The notes below the pieces were generated by a model that searched no databases, had not been told where the DNA came from, and saw nothing but the letters and a program-made list of their open reading frames with translations. Shown piece by piece: positions 22,483 through 31,746 of a stretch of DNA of 64,000 nt. The DNA is from an uncultured bacterium. Lineage in GTDB: Bacteria > Krumholzibacteriota > Krumholzibacteriia > LZORAL124-64-63. Each line of letters opens with the position of its first letter. Positions within the stretch are counted from its first letter, which is position 1. The stretch is from positions 416,001 through 480,000 of the forward strand of contig CAVSZB010000007.1 of the NCBI GenBank assembly GCA_963732385.1, given 5' to 3'. A program made the position numbers and the translations under genes.

Positions 22483-23538
22483 CTAGAAACGGGCGCCGAG
22501 GCTGATGCGGTGGGTCACCTCGTCGATGTCGAGCGTATCCCCGGCGTAAGCGTAGTCGATGGTGAGCCGGTCGAGCCGGAAACCGGCGCCGGCCGTCAAA
22601 TCCCCGCTGCCGAAACCGCTGTCGAATCCCCCCCGCAGGAAGACCCGTTCGCGGAAGCCGATCTCCATGCCCAGATGAAGGTTGGCGCCGATATCGCCCC
22701 AGGCGAACTGATCGGCCTTGCCGCGGTCCTCGAACCGGGTCTCGAGCGCCGACGCCAGCAGCAGGCTGGCGTTCCAGCGCGGCAGAGGCTGGCGCCAGGC
22801 CAGACCCGGCACCAGGGCCGGGACGATGACTTCGTTTTTCCCCGTGCTCCAGGAGAGATAGGTGGAGGTCGCGTCCTGCAGCTTTACGCCGAAGTCGAGC
22901 CGCCGCCAGACGCCTGGACGCAGGGCGGCGGCGTCGAAGCCGATGCCGGTGCTGGAGTATTCCCCCACGCTCTGGCGGATGAACTTCAGCGAACCGCCGA
23001 AGCGCCAGGCGCCGCGGCGTTCACCGTAGGAGATCAACAACGCCAGTTCCGAGTCGCTCTTGAAGCGGATCTGGTCCTGCAGTTCGAACAGGCCGAGCAA
23101 TTCCTCGTCGTCGACAATGCCATCGCCGTTGTTGTCGAGCTGGCTGCGCAGGTGCTCAGTGAACGGGATATCATCCACCCCGAGCCGGATCATCGAGACC
23201 CCCACCCCCGCCTCCTCGCCGCCGAGCAGGGCCCAGGTGACCGGCTGGACGTAGGCGGCAAAATCCCGGTCGACCAGCCCGCCGAACCGCTCCTCGTGCA
23301 TCAGCAGCAGCTGGCGCGCGGTGATGGTCGAAAGGCCGGCAGGATTCCAGAAGGTGGCCGAGGCATCGTCGGCCACGGCGGTGAAGGCGCCGCCGAGGGC
23401 CATGGCGCGCGCACCGCCCCCGCTCTCCATGAAAGCGCCGGCGAACTTGGCCGCAGCGACCGGTCGGGCGGCAAGCCCGAGCGAGGCAAGGAACACCAGA
23501 ACCGCCACCGGGCTGGGAGCGCGCAACGCTTTCAACAT
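22483..23538 (-). CDS. PorV/PorQ-like (UPF0164) outer-membrane beta-barrel protein
   Basis: Signal peptide; GARAMALGGAFTAVADDASATFWNPAGL family signature; C-terminal HRISLGARF beta-signal. Confidence 0.8.
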   Translation of the reverse strand: MLKALRAPSPVAVLVFLASLGLAARPVAAAKFAGAFMESGGGARAMALGGAFTAVADDASATFWNPAGLSTITARQLLLMHEERFGGLVDRDFAAYVQPVTWALLGGEEAGVGVSMIRLGVDDIPFTEHLRSQLDNNGDGIVDDEELLGLFELQDQIRFKSDSELALLISYGERRGAWRFGGSLKFIRQSVGEYSSTGIGFDAAALRPGVWRRLDFGVKLQDATSTYLSWSTGKNEVIVPALVPGLAWRQPLPRWNASLLLASALETRFEDRGKADQFAWGDIGANLHLGMEIGFRERVFLRGGFDSGFGSGDLTAGAGFRLDRLTIDYAYAGDTLDIDEVTHRISLGARF

Positions 23539-23644
23539 CGGACATCCTCACTGACCAGGGGGATGGTCCCGGGTTACGGGCGACCGCCGGCCGCCAGCGC
23601 CTTCATTATAGTATAGGACCGTCGACGGCCGACGCAAACAGTCG

Positions 23645-25138
23645 CTACAAACCGTACTTGCGGATCTTGCGGTACAGCGTCCGCTCGCTGATGCCAAGCC
23701 GTTCGGCGGCGAGACGTCTGCGGCCGTCGGCCCCTTTCAACGCGGTTTCGATCAACTGGCGCGACAGGGTCTCCAGATCGCCTCCCCGCATCGCCGGAAT
23801 CGGGCTGTACCCCGTCTCGCCGGCGAACGTGTCGACCACACCGCCCCCGAGGATCGGCTGGCCCGCGGCCGGCGTCCCCTTCGCCAGCAGCAGTTCCTTG
23901 ATCTCCTTCACGTCCCGCCGCAGTTCGAGCAGGGTCTGCAGAGTCAGCTCCCGCTCCAAATCGAGTGGATCGGAATGCAGCCGCACCGGCAGCCGGGTGG
24001 GATCGCCCGCGGTGAAGCGCACGTCGGACGGCAGATCGTCGGCTTCGATCATCCCGGCCTGCTTGAGCACCACGATGGAGCTGATCACGTTGCGCAACTC
24101 GCGCACGTTGCCGGGCCAGCCGTGCGCCTCCAGCAACTGCATTGCCGGGCGCGAAATGCCGCGGACCGCCAGCCCGTGGCGGCTGTTTTCCTGCGCCAGG
24201 AAGGTCTCCGCCAGCACCGGAATGTCCTCCCGACGCTCCCGCAGCGGCGGAATCGGGATCACGACCACCCGCAGGCGGTAGTAGAGGTCCTGCCGGAAAC
24301 GGCCCGCCTCAACCTCGCGGCCAAGATCGCGATGCGTGGCGGCGACGAGGCGGATATCGCTGCGCAGGGTCTCGCTGCCGCCCACCGGCGTGAACTCCCC
24401 GGTCTCGAGAGCGCGCAGGAACCGCGTCTGCATGCCCAGCGGCAGTTCCGCCAGTTCATCGAGGAAGAGAGTGCCTCCGTCAGCGCGTTTGAAAACGCCG
24501 TCGTGACGGGTCACCGCGCCGGTGAAGGCGCCCCGCGCGTGCCCGAAAAGTTCGCTCTCGAGGACCCCCTCGCTCATCGCGCCGCAGTTGAGGCTGACGT
24601 AGGGGCCGGCGCGGCGGGCGGAATGCTCGTGGATGGCGCGGGCCACCAGTTCCTTGCCGGTGCCGCTCTCCCCCTGGATCAGAATGCTGACGTTGAGCGG
24701 TGCCGCCTGGGCGATGAGCGCGATGACTCCCGCCACGGCGCGCGAGCGACCGACGATTCCACTGCGCTGCCGTACGGCGCGTAACCGCAACTGTCGCTCC
24801 ACGACCGCGCGCAGTTCGACGGCCGGAACCCCTGGGTCGAGCCGCACCACGTCTCCGGTCGGTCGGGCGCCGTCGGCGGCGGTGGCCAGCGCCGGCTCGC
24901 CCAGCAGGACCAGATCGGCATCGCCCGGCAGCGACAGGAACTTGCGGATCACATGCCGGGAACGAGCGTAACCGGCCGTGTCGAACAGCAGCAGCGCGCC
25001 GCGGCCGTCGGCCAGCCGGGCCAGCGCCTCCGAGGGGGACTCGTAGGCGTGCAGTTCGACGCCCGGCAGGCGCCAGTCGGCCACCATCCGCAGCCGTGCG
25101 GGATCCCTGCCGAGCATCACGAGCTGGAACGGGCGCAA
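23645..25138 (-). CDS. Sigma54-dependent Fis-family transcriptional activator with degenerate N-terminal receiver-like domain
   Basis: GESGTGKE, ESELFGH, GAFTGA, LFLDE, FRQDLYYRL, WPGNVREL and C-terminal HTH LGISERTLYRK. Confidence 0.92.
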   Translation of the reverse strand: MRPFQLVMLGRDPARLRMVADWRLPGVELHAYESPSEALARLADGRGALLLFDTAGYARSRHVIRKFLSLPGDADLVLLGEPALATAADGARPTGDVVRLDPGVPAVELRAVVERQLRLRAVRQRSGIVGRSRAVAGVIALIAQAAPLNVSILIQGESGTGKELVARAIHEHSARRAGPYVSLNCGAMSEGVLESELFGHARGAFTGAVTRHDGVFKRADGGTLFLDELAELPLGMQTRFLRALETGEFTPVGGSETLRSDIRLVAATHRDLGREVEAGRFRQDLYYRLRVVVIPIPPLRERREDIPVLAETFLAQENSRHGLAVRGISRPAMQLLEAHGWPGNVRELRNVISSIVVLKQAGMIEADDLPSDVRFTAGDPTRLPVRLHSDPLDLERELTLQTLLELRRDVKEIKELLLAKGTPAAGQPILGGGVVDTFAGETGYSPIPAMRGGDLETLSRQLIETALKGADGRRRLAAERLGISERTLYRKIRKYGL

Positions 25139-25229
25139 GTGCCACCTCCCGACCCCGTCACACGGGGCGCGACTGCATGATACAACGGTGGCCGGTGGTG
25201 TGCAGCGATTTTGCGGTGTGCCGCGGGAC

Positions 25230-25640
25230 TCAGGTGGCGGGAAACAGCTGTTCCAGCTTGCCCCGGATCCCGGCGAGATCGAAAGGCTTGGTCAGATAGC
25301 CGCGGGCACCCAGCTTGACAGCTTCCGCCACGTAACGGCGATCGCTGAAGGAGGTGCTCATCAGCACGCGGGCGTCGGGGCTGTGACCGAGGATCGCGGC
25401 AAGCGCCGCGATCCCGTCCATGCCCGGCATCGCGATGTCCAGGGTGATGAGGTCGGGCGTCAGCGCCTCGTTCAGGGCCACTGCCTCGGCGCCGTCGGCG
25501 GCGGTGCCGACGACCTTGAGGCCCAGCTTGTCGAGCATGCCTGCCAGGAGGGTCCGGATGAAGCGTTCGTCATCGACCACCAGCACGCGGCGGCCCGCAT
25601 ACGGGGGGGCGATGGACGGCTGCGCGTCCCCGCCGGTCAT
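25230..25640 (-). CDS. Single-domain CheY-like response regulator
   Basis: VLVVDD, ITLDIAMPGMDG, YLTKPF. ATG at 25640 overlaps the upstream TGA; the ORF-track N-terminal extension is spurious. Confidence 0.88.
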   Translation of the reverse strand: MTGGDAQPSIAPPYAGRRVLVVDDERFIRTLLAGMLDKLGLKVVGTAADGAEAVALNEALTPDLITLDIAMPGMDGIAALAAILGHSPDARVLMSTSFSDRRYVAEAVKLGARGYLTKPFDLAGIRGKLEQLFPAT

Positions 25641-26542
25641 ACGATATCCAGGTAGGCGTGGGCGCGTTGGAGATCGTCGATCAGTTGCGGAAACTGCTCT
25701 TCGATCGTGGCGGGGGAAAGTTCCAGACGCAGCAAAAGAGGTCCCGATTCGACCGTCGACGCCACGAAGCCCAGATCGCAGGCGGGGGGATCGAGACGGT
25801 ACGCCACGCGGTCGGCCAGCGCCACACAGAGGCGCACCCGCTCCAGGCGGTTGTCGTCGCGCGGGCCGAGAAACCGGTCGTGGTGGCAGCGGGCCCCTTC
25901 GGTAAGCACCTCGGGGAAATGCCAGCTGAGTCCGAAGGCGGCGCCGGCAGCGGCGTGATCGAAGCCTAAATGTTCCGCCTCCACTTCCACGAGCGTGCGA
26001 CCGGTCTGCCGGCGTGCCGCGATGGTCGTGGCATAGGAATCGGGCATGGCGCACAGCAGGGCGAACTTGCCGAGATCGTGCAGGAGTCCGGCGGTGAACA
26101 CTTCGTCGGGATTCGGATCGCCAGTTATCAGCGCCAGCCGTTTCGCCACCACCCCGGCCACGACTGAGTGCCGCCACAGGGCGCGATAGTCAGGTCCGCC
26201 GCGCCGACGCGAGTGGTCGCGTACCAGATTCGTGGCCACCGCGACGCAGATCGCGAGCTGCTTGATCGCTTCGAAGCCGATCACCGACACCGCGGTGCCG
26301 ATGTCGGCGATGCTCTGGCCGCTGCTGCTGTAATAGGGCGAATTGGTCAGGCGGAGCACCTTGACGGAGAGCGGGGCGTCGAGGCGCACGACGTTCGCCA
26401 GGGTTTCGCTGGTGCTGAGGGGATCGTCCACGATCTGCCAGATTCGCACGAGCGTCTCGGGCACGGTCGGCAGATCGTCAATCATGCGCAGCAGCGCCGT
26501 GAAGCGTGGGTCGGTGGTCGTGTCCAGAGCGCCGCCCTCCAC
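25637..26542 (-). CDS. HDOD domain protein
   Basis: LPTVPE, D..LSVKVLRLTNSPYY, LWRHS, FTAGLLHDLGK, GFDHA..WHFP..HH. Confidence 0.9.
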   Translation of the reverse strand: MEGGALDTTTDPRFTALLRMIDDLPTVPETLVRIWQIVDDPLSTSETLANVVRLDAPLSVKVLRLTNSPYYSSSGQSIADIGTAVSVIGFEAIKQLAICVAVATNLVRDHSRRRGGPDYRALWRHSVVAGVVAKRLALITGDPNPDEVFTAGLLHDLGKFALLCAMPDSYATTIAARRQTGRTLVEVEAEHLGFDHAAAGAAFGLSWHFPEVLTEGARCHHDRFLGPRDDNRLERVRLCVALADRVAYRLDPPACDLGFVASTVESGPLLLRLELSPATIEEQFPQLIDDLQRAHAYLDIV

Positions 26543-26557
26543 GTTCGCCTCCCCGGC

Positions 26558-27466
26558 TCAGACGAAGATTTCCATCTCGGTTTCGAGGGTCCGGCGGAGC
26601 CGTTCCACAACGTTCGCCAGGGTTGCCTCGTCCAGGCCCAGGATGGCGTTGGACGGCAGATCCACCAGAACCACGCCTTCGTCATGCACAAAGCCGATAC
26701 CCTGCTGATGGCACATCTCGTTCGCCAGGTCCAGGTAGAGCAGCAGAGGATTGTCGGCGGTGAAACTCTCCGGCCTATGGTGGTTGGCGATGATCAGTTC
26801 CAGCATCGGCGAAAGCTTCCACTTGTTGACCAGCAGAGCCCCTACCTCGGAGTGATCAAAACCGAGCAGCGCGAATTCCGTGGCCGCGAAGCGACCGTTC
26901 TCGTTGTAGACCGTCTGCACGATTTCGTCGAAACGGTCCGCGGCCTGCTGATTGAGAACCAGCTTGCCGATGTCGTGCATCAGACCGGCCAGGAACGCCT
27001 CCTCAGCCAGGTGGGGCGATTCGGTCTGGACGAGCAGGCGGCAGGCACAGGCGGCGCCGATGGAGTGTTCCCAAAGCAGACGCTCTTTCAGCCCCATGCG
27101 CCCGCCGTTGGCGGTGTAGATGTTGCGCGCCGCGCTGGTAACGACCAGGCTGCGGATGGAGTTGAATCCGAGCATGACGATCGCTTCGGTGAGCGTCTTG
27201 ATCTTGCGGCTGCACGCGTACATGGCCGAGTTCGCGATCTTGAGGATGCGCGCCGCCATGGCCTGGTCATCGCTGATCACCTGCTGCAGCCGCAATGCCG
27301 ACGTGTTGGGGTCGGCGGAAAGTTCGAGGACCTTGCTCGCCACGTGCGGCATGGCCGGCAGGTCGCGCGTGTTCATGATGAGATTCCGCAGATCCGCGTG
27401 CGTTTCCGACTCGGCTGTCGCCGGTAACGCCGCCGCTGGCGGGATTACATCTATGTGGTCCGTCAT
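26558..27466 (-). CDS. HDOD domain protein
   Basis: LPAMP, ILKIANSAMY, LWEHS, AGLMHDIGK, GFDHSEVG..WKL..HH. Confidence 0.92.
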   Translation of the reverse strand: MTDHIDVIPPAAALPATAESETHADLRNLIMNTRDLPAMPHVASKVLELSADPNTSALRLQQVISDDQAMAARILKIANSAMYACSRKIKTLTEAIVMLGFNSIRSLVVTSAARNIYTANGGRMGLKERLLWEHSIGAACACRLLVQTESPHLAEEAFLAGLMHDIGKLVLNQQAADRFDEIVQTVYNENGRFAATEFALLGFDHSEVGALLVNKWKLSPMLELIIANHHRPESFTADNPLLLYLDLANEMCHQQGIGFVHDEGVVLVDLPSNAILGLDEATLANVVERLRRTLETEMEIFV

Positions 27467-27532
27467 GCCGGCTCCTCAAGCGACGGGGCACGTCGGCCCA
27501 CGACTGTCGTGGGCGCGCAGGGACCGGTCGGG

Positions 27533-28039
27533 TCAAATGCCAGTCCGAAACAGATATTCGACGCCATCGGGGCTGGTCTTTAGTCCGGAATTGCCAGCCT
27601 CGGCGGTCGAGGACGGTTCCATCGCCAGAGCGACCTCTTCCAGCCGGTTCGCCGCGGTCCGCAAACGGGTCAGCAGGGGCGCCAGACGGACGATGCTTCC
27701 CCCCTGCCCCGGCTCCACCCCCTCTGTAGTTGCCGGGGGCGGGAATTCCGGTTCCCGCGGCACGCTTTCGCCCCCCGCCTGCGCCTGATAGGCCCGCAGC
27801 ACCGCCGCCGAGGGCGGGGCCACCGGGCCCGGCACGGCCCGGGACAGTGCCGCGACCGGAGAGCGGGCTGGCGCCAGCCCCGCCGCGGCCAATCGACGAC
27901 GCCGCGAGCGGACGAGTCGAGCTCCGATTAGCAGCAGCAACACGGTCAGGGCTGTGACCCCGACGGCCACGGCAACCGCGGAGACCCAGAACATGGGCCC
28001 CGAGCCTCCCTGCAGAGCGCCAAACAGATTCGCTTCCAC
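27533..28039 (-). CDS. Hypothetical single-pass membrane protein
   Basis: One N-terminal TM helix, Arg-rich stop-transfer, short coiled segment; 3-nt gap from the upstream gene. Confidence 0.6.
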   Translation of the reverse strand: MEANLFGALQGGSGPMFWVSAVAVAVGVTALTVLLLLIGARLVRSRRRRLAAAGLAPARSPVAALSRAVPGPVAPPSAAVLRAYQAQAGGESVPREPEFPPPATTEGVEPGQGGSIVRLAPLLTRLRTAANRLEEVALAMEPSSTAEAGNSGLKTSPDGVEYLFRTGI

Positions 28040-28042
28040 CGC

Positions 28043-28960
28043 TCATCCCCCTTCCGACGCCGCAGGCTGTCCCACGGCGAGGATCTGTGCCGTCGCCTCG
28101 ACCTCGGCAGCCGTCCGCGCCACCAACGGCGCGAGTCGGCTCCGCCGCAGCCACACCCCGCGCCGGGCGAGCGCCAGCCGGATGGCCGGGGCCAGGCGGT
28201 GACGCGGCCGCCGGGCGGTGAAGCCGAGTCCGGCGCGGTTGGCCAGCAGGTCGGCCACGTGGACCATCTGAACCAGTTCCTGTTCCGCCAGTGACGGTTC
28301 CCGCGCGAGGCCGGCGCCGTGATGGGCTGCGACCGCGGCCGTGATACGGTCCGGCAGTCGCCAGTGATGGCACGCCATCCCCCCCACCTCCGCGTGGTCG
28401 CATCCGTAAACGCGGCGTTCCTCGGCCTGGGCGTCGCGGCCGGCGTTCACGCCGGCAACGACCTCCCGCATGGCGGATGGATCGGCCAGATAGAGCACCA
28501 GCCGGCCTATGTCGTGCAGGAATCCCGCCACGTAGTGCTCACCGGGATAGACGCGCCAGAGCGGACGGCAGAAGCCGCGCGCCAGACTCCCGGCCATGAA
28601 AGCGTGCTTCCAGTAGTCCCGGGTGGAAAAGGCGCTCACACCGGGCGGCTCGATGGCCGCGATTACGTTGAGGCTGAGGGCCAGATCCCGCACCTGATCG
28701 AAGCCGAGCAGCATGATGGCGGCCTCGAGATCCGACACCGTGCGCGAGCAGCCATAGTAGGCGGAATTGGCCAGCTTCAGGATGCTGGTCAGCAGGCCGG
28801 GATCAAGCGAAACGACCTGCGACAGGTCGGCGGCGGATGCGTTCTGGTCGCTGGAGATCTCCACGAGCCGCGACACGACGCCCGGCAGCGCCGGCAGTCG
28901 GCCCACGGCCTGCACCAGCTCCAGGGCACCGGCTGGTCGAATCGATCGGGTGTTGGCCAC
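28043..28960 (-). CDS. HDOD domain protein
   Basis: LPALP, ILKLANSAYYG, YWKHA, AGFLHDIGR, GCDHAEVG..WRLP..HH. Confidence 0.9.
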   Translation of the reverse strand: MANTRSIRPAGALELVQAVGRLPALPGVVSRLVEISSDQNASAADLSQVVSLDPGLLTSILKLANSAYYGCSRTVSDLEAAIMLLGFDQVRDLALSLNVIAAIEPPGVSAFSTRDYWKHAFMAGSLARGFCRPLWRVYPGEHYVAGFLHDIGRLVLYLADPSAMREVVAGVNAGRDAQAEERRVYGCDHAEVGGMACHHWRLPDRITAAVAAHHGAGLAREPSLAEQELVQMVHVADLLANRAGLGFTARRPRHRLAPAIRLALARRGVWLRRSRLAPLVARTAAEVEATAQILAVGQPAASEGG

Positions 28961-28975
28961 AGTTGCTCCCCGCCC

Positions 28976-29317
28976 TCAGGCGCGCGTGTCGATGAGTCTG
29001 CCGACGTCGTTCTCGCCGCCCTCCTGGCCGGTTTCAGGCGCGGTGTCGTCCGCCGCCGCCGTCACGATCTTTTCCGGCTCCCCCTCGTCCGCCTGGCGCT
29101 CCTGTTGCCGACGCTCCCGCCTGGCTTCAGCGTCGATCCGTTTGCGTTCGGCCTCTTCCGCCTTGCGCACCCGCTGGACCGTCGCGTCCTGATTGGCGTC
29201 GAGCCGCTCCGAGAAGGGGGTTGTGGGGTGGTGAGCCTGCTGCCCTTTCAACTGAGTCTGCGCCACGGAGCCCAGCTGGACGATGGTCGTCTGCAGCGAT
29301 ACCCCGTCTCCCGCCAC
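28976..29317 (-). CDS. Small hypothetical protein in the fliA operon
   Basis: GGAGG RBS, charged helical middle, C-terminal GRLIDTRA; fills the gap between fliA and HDOD. Confidence 0.65.
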   Translation of the reverse strand: MAGDGVSLQTTIVQLGSVAQTQLKGQQAHHPTTPFSERLDANQDATVQRVRKAEEAERKRIDAEARRERRQQERQADEGEPEKIVTAAADDTAPETGQEGGENDVGRLIDTRA

Positions 29318-29344
29318 GACAGATCCTCCGGTAGTGCCGTCCCT

Positions 29345-30280
<936 letters not shown>

Positions 30281-30306
30281 GTGGTTGGCGATACCATGGC
30301 TCGTTC

Positions 30307-30322
30307 TGCACGAACCGTGCCA
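30307..30322 (-). promoter_or_regulatory. Sigma54 -24/-12 promoter upstream of fliA
   Basis: TGGCACGGTTCGTGCA (GG-N10-GC), intergenic. Confidence 0.7.
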
Positions 30323-30357
30323 TCCTCAAGTACAGCAAGACCTTCCGGGCTGCGCCC

Positions 30358-30603
30358 TCAGGGAGCGGGGGCCGGTTGCTTGCCCTCGCCCGGCGACGGT
30401 CCGCCCGGAGGCGGCGCCGGGCGATTCTCTGCGATCACCCCTGCGCGGAACACCAGGGCCAGCAGGGCGAAGACTGTGAAAAAAGCCAGGTAGGCAATTC
30501 CGGCCCGTTTGAGGGCGGCCCACGGGCCGGTTTCGCGCCAGATGGATACGCCGAGCGTGATCAGGGCGGCGACCAGGGAAATCGTATTGACCAGTCGCTG
30601 CAT
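30358..30603 (-). CDS. Small two-TM hypothetical protein between flhF and fliA
   Basis: Two hydrophobic helices and a Pro-rich tail; GAGG RBS immediately after the flhF stop. Confidence 0.7.
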   Translation of the reverse strand: MQRLVNTISLVAALITLGVSIWRETGPWAALKRAGIAYLAFFTVFALLALVFRAGVIAENRPAPPPGGPSPGEGKQPAPAP

Positions 30604-30609
30604 TTTGCC

Positions 30610-31746
30610 TCACTCCCGGGCCGCGGCCGCGGCAAGGCCCTCGGCGCCGCCAAGCAGGCGCCGGACCAGTAAGTCGGAACGTGCCAGCTCCGGACCGGAG
30701 CCGGGCCACGGGGAGGCGGCGGTGAACGAAATCGGCCAGGGCAGCAGGGTACAGAGGTCGAGCAGCTTGCCGGGCAGCCGGGTACGATCGAGTCGGGTCA
30801 CGGCGGTCCAGTCGCAGTTCCAGTCCCGCGCGGCCCGCCAGAGGTCGGTCCGCTCGCGCAGATCGGCGTCGGCCGCCAACACCAGGTGGCGGTGAAATGA
30901 GGCGTTCCCGACCACGAACGCCTGCAGTTCGCCCACCGCCGGGAGCGGGGCGGCAAGCAGGGCCGGAGTGTCGACCAGCACCGCGCCGTAGGCCCCGAAC
31001 TGATCGGCATGGCGCGCGAACTGGTCGGGCCGATGCATGACAGCGGCGTCGTAGCCATGAGCGGCCGCCTCGAGCTGCAGACGCCGGATCTCGCCGCCAT
31101 GACGCGGCAGCAGGCTCAGGACCAGCGGGCGCTGTCCGGCCGCCGCCAGCCTGGCCGCCACGCCGAGCACCAGGTCGCTCCGGCCGCAGCCGGCTTCGCC
31201 CAAAAAGATGTGCACGCCGCCGAGCTGCGGCCACTCGCTGGCGCTCGAGCGCAGCAGCGATCCTAGGTGCTGCGATGCCGCGTCGCGGCCGTTCCGTTTC
31301 GCCTCCGGCAGGCGCGCGAAGGAGGCGGCCGTCCGCTCGACCGCATCGGCGGAGGCGCCGGCCCTCAGCAGGGTCCGGGCGAGCGGGTAATCTCCCCAGG
31401 CACCGGCCTGCGGACCGCCGTCGGCCAGCGTGGCGACCAGCCGCTCGACCCGTTCCACCTCGTGCGTCAGGGCGTCGGCGAGATCGCTCCCCGGCGCCGG
31501 CGCGCGACGGGCCGGACGCCGGCTCTGACCGCGGCCGACGGCGCCGGGCGGCGCCATCCGCACCTCGACCACGCGTCGCTGGCCGAGGCCGTCCTCCTGC
31601 CGCACCGTCACCGTCCTGCTGTCGATCACGCAGGCGTCGTCCCCATGGAGTTCACGCGCGCGCTGCAGCGCTTCGGTGAGCGTCGGCGCGGTCACTGTTG
31701 CCGGCCAGTCTTCAGGCGACGGCCTGCTGCTCGCTGCGGAGACCAC
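30610..31746 (-). CDS. flhF: FlhF-like protein with degenerate SRP-GTPase motifs
   Basis: N-terminal B-domain motif APTLTEALQRARELHGDDACVIDSR..VEV; directly downstream of flhA; GEAGCGRS, DTPA and TRLD at the G1, G3 and G4 positions. Confidence 0.75.
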   Translation of the reverse strand: MVSAASSRPSPEDWPATVTAPTLTEALQRARELHGDDACVIDSRTVTVRQEDGLGQRRVVEVRMAPPGAVGRGQSRRPARRAPAPGSDLADALTHEVERVERLVATLADGGPQAGAWGDYPLARTLLRAGASADAVERTAASFARLPEAKRNGRDAASQHLGSLLRSSASEWPQLGGVHIFLGEAGCGRSDLVLGVAARLAAAGQRPLVLSLLPRHGGEIRRLQLEAAAHGYDAAVMHRPDQFARHADQFGAYGAVLVDTPALLAAPLPAVGELQAFVVGNASFHRHLVLAADADLRERTDLWRAARDWNCDWTAVTRLDRTRLPGKLLDLCTLLPWPISFTAASPWPGSGPELARSDLLVRRLLGGAEGLAAAAARE

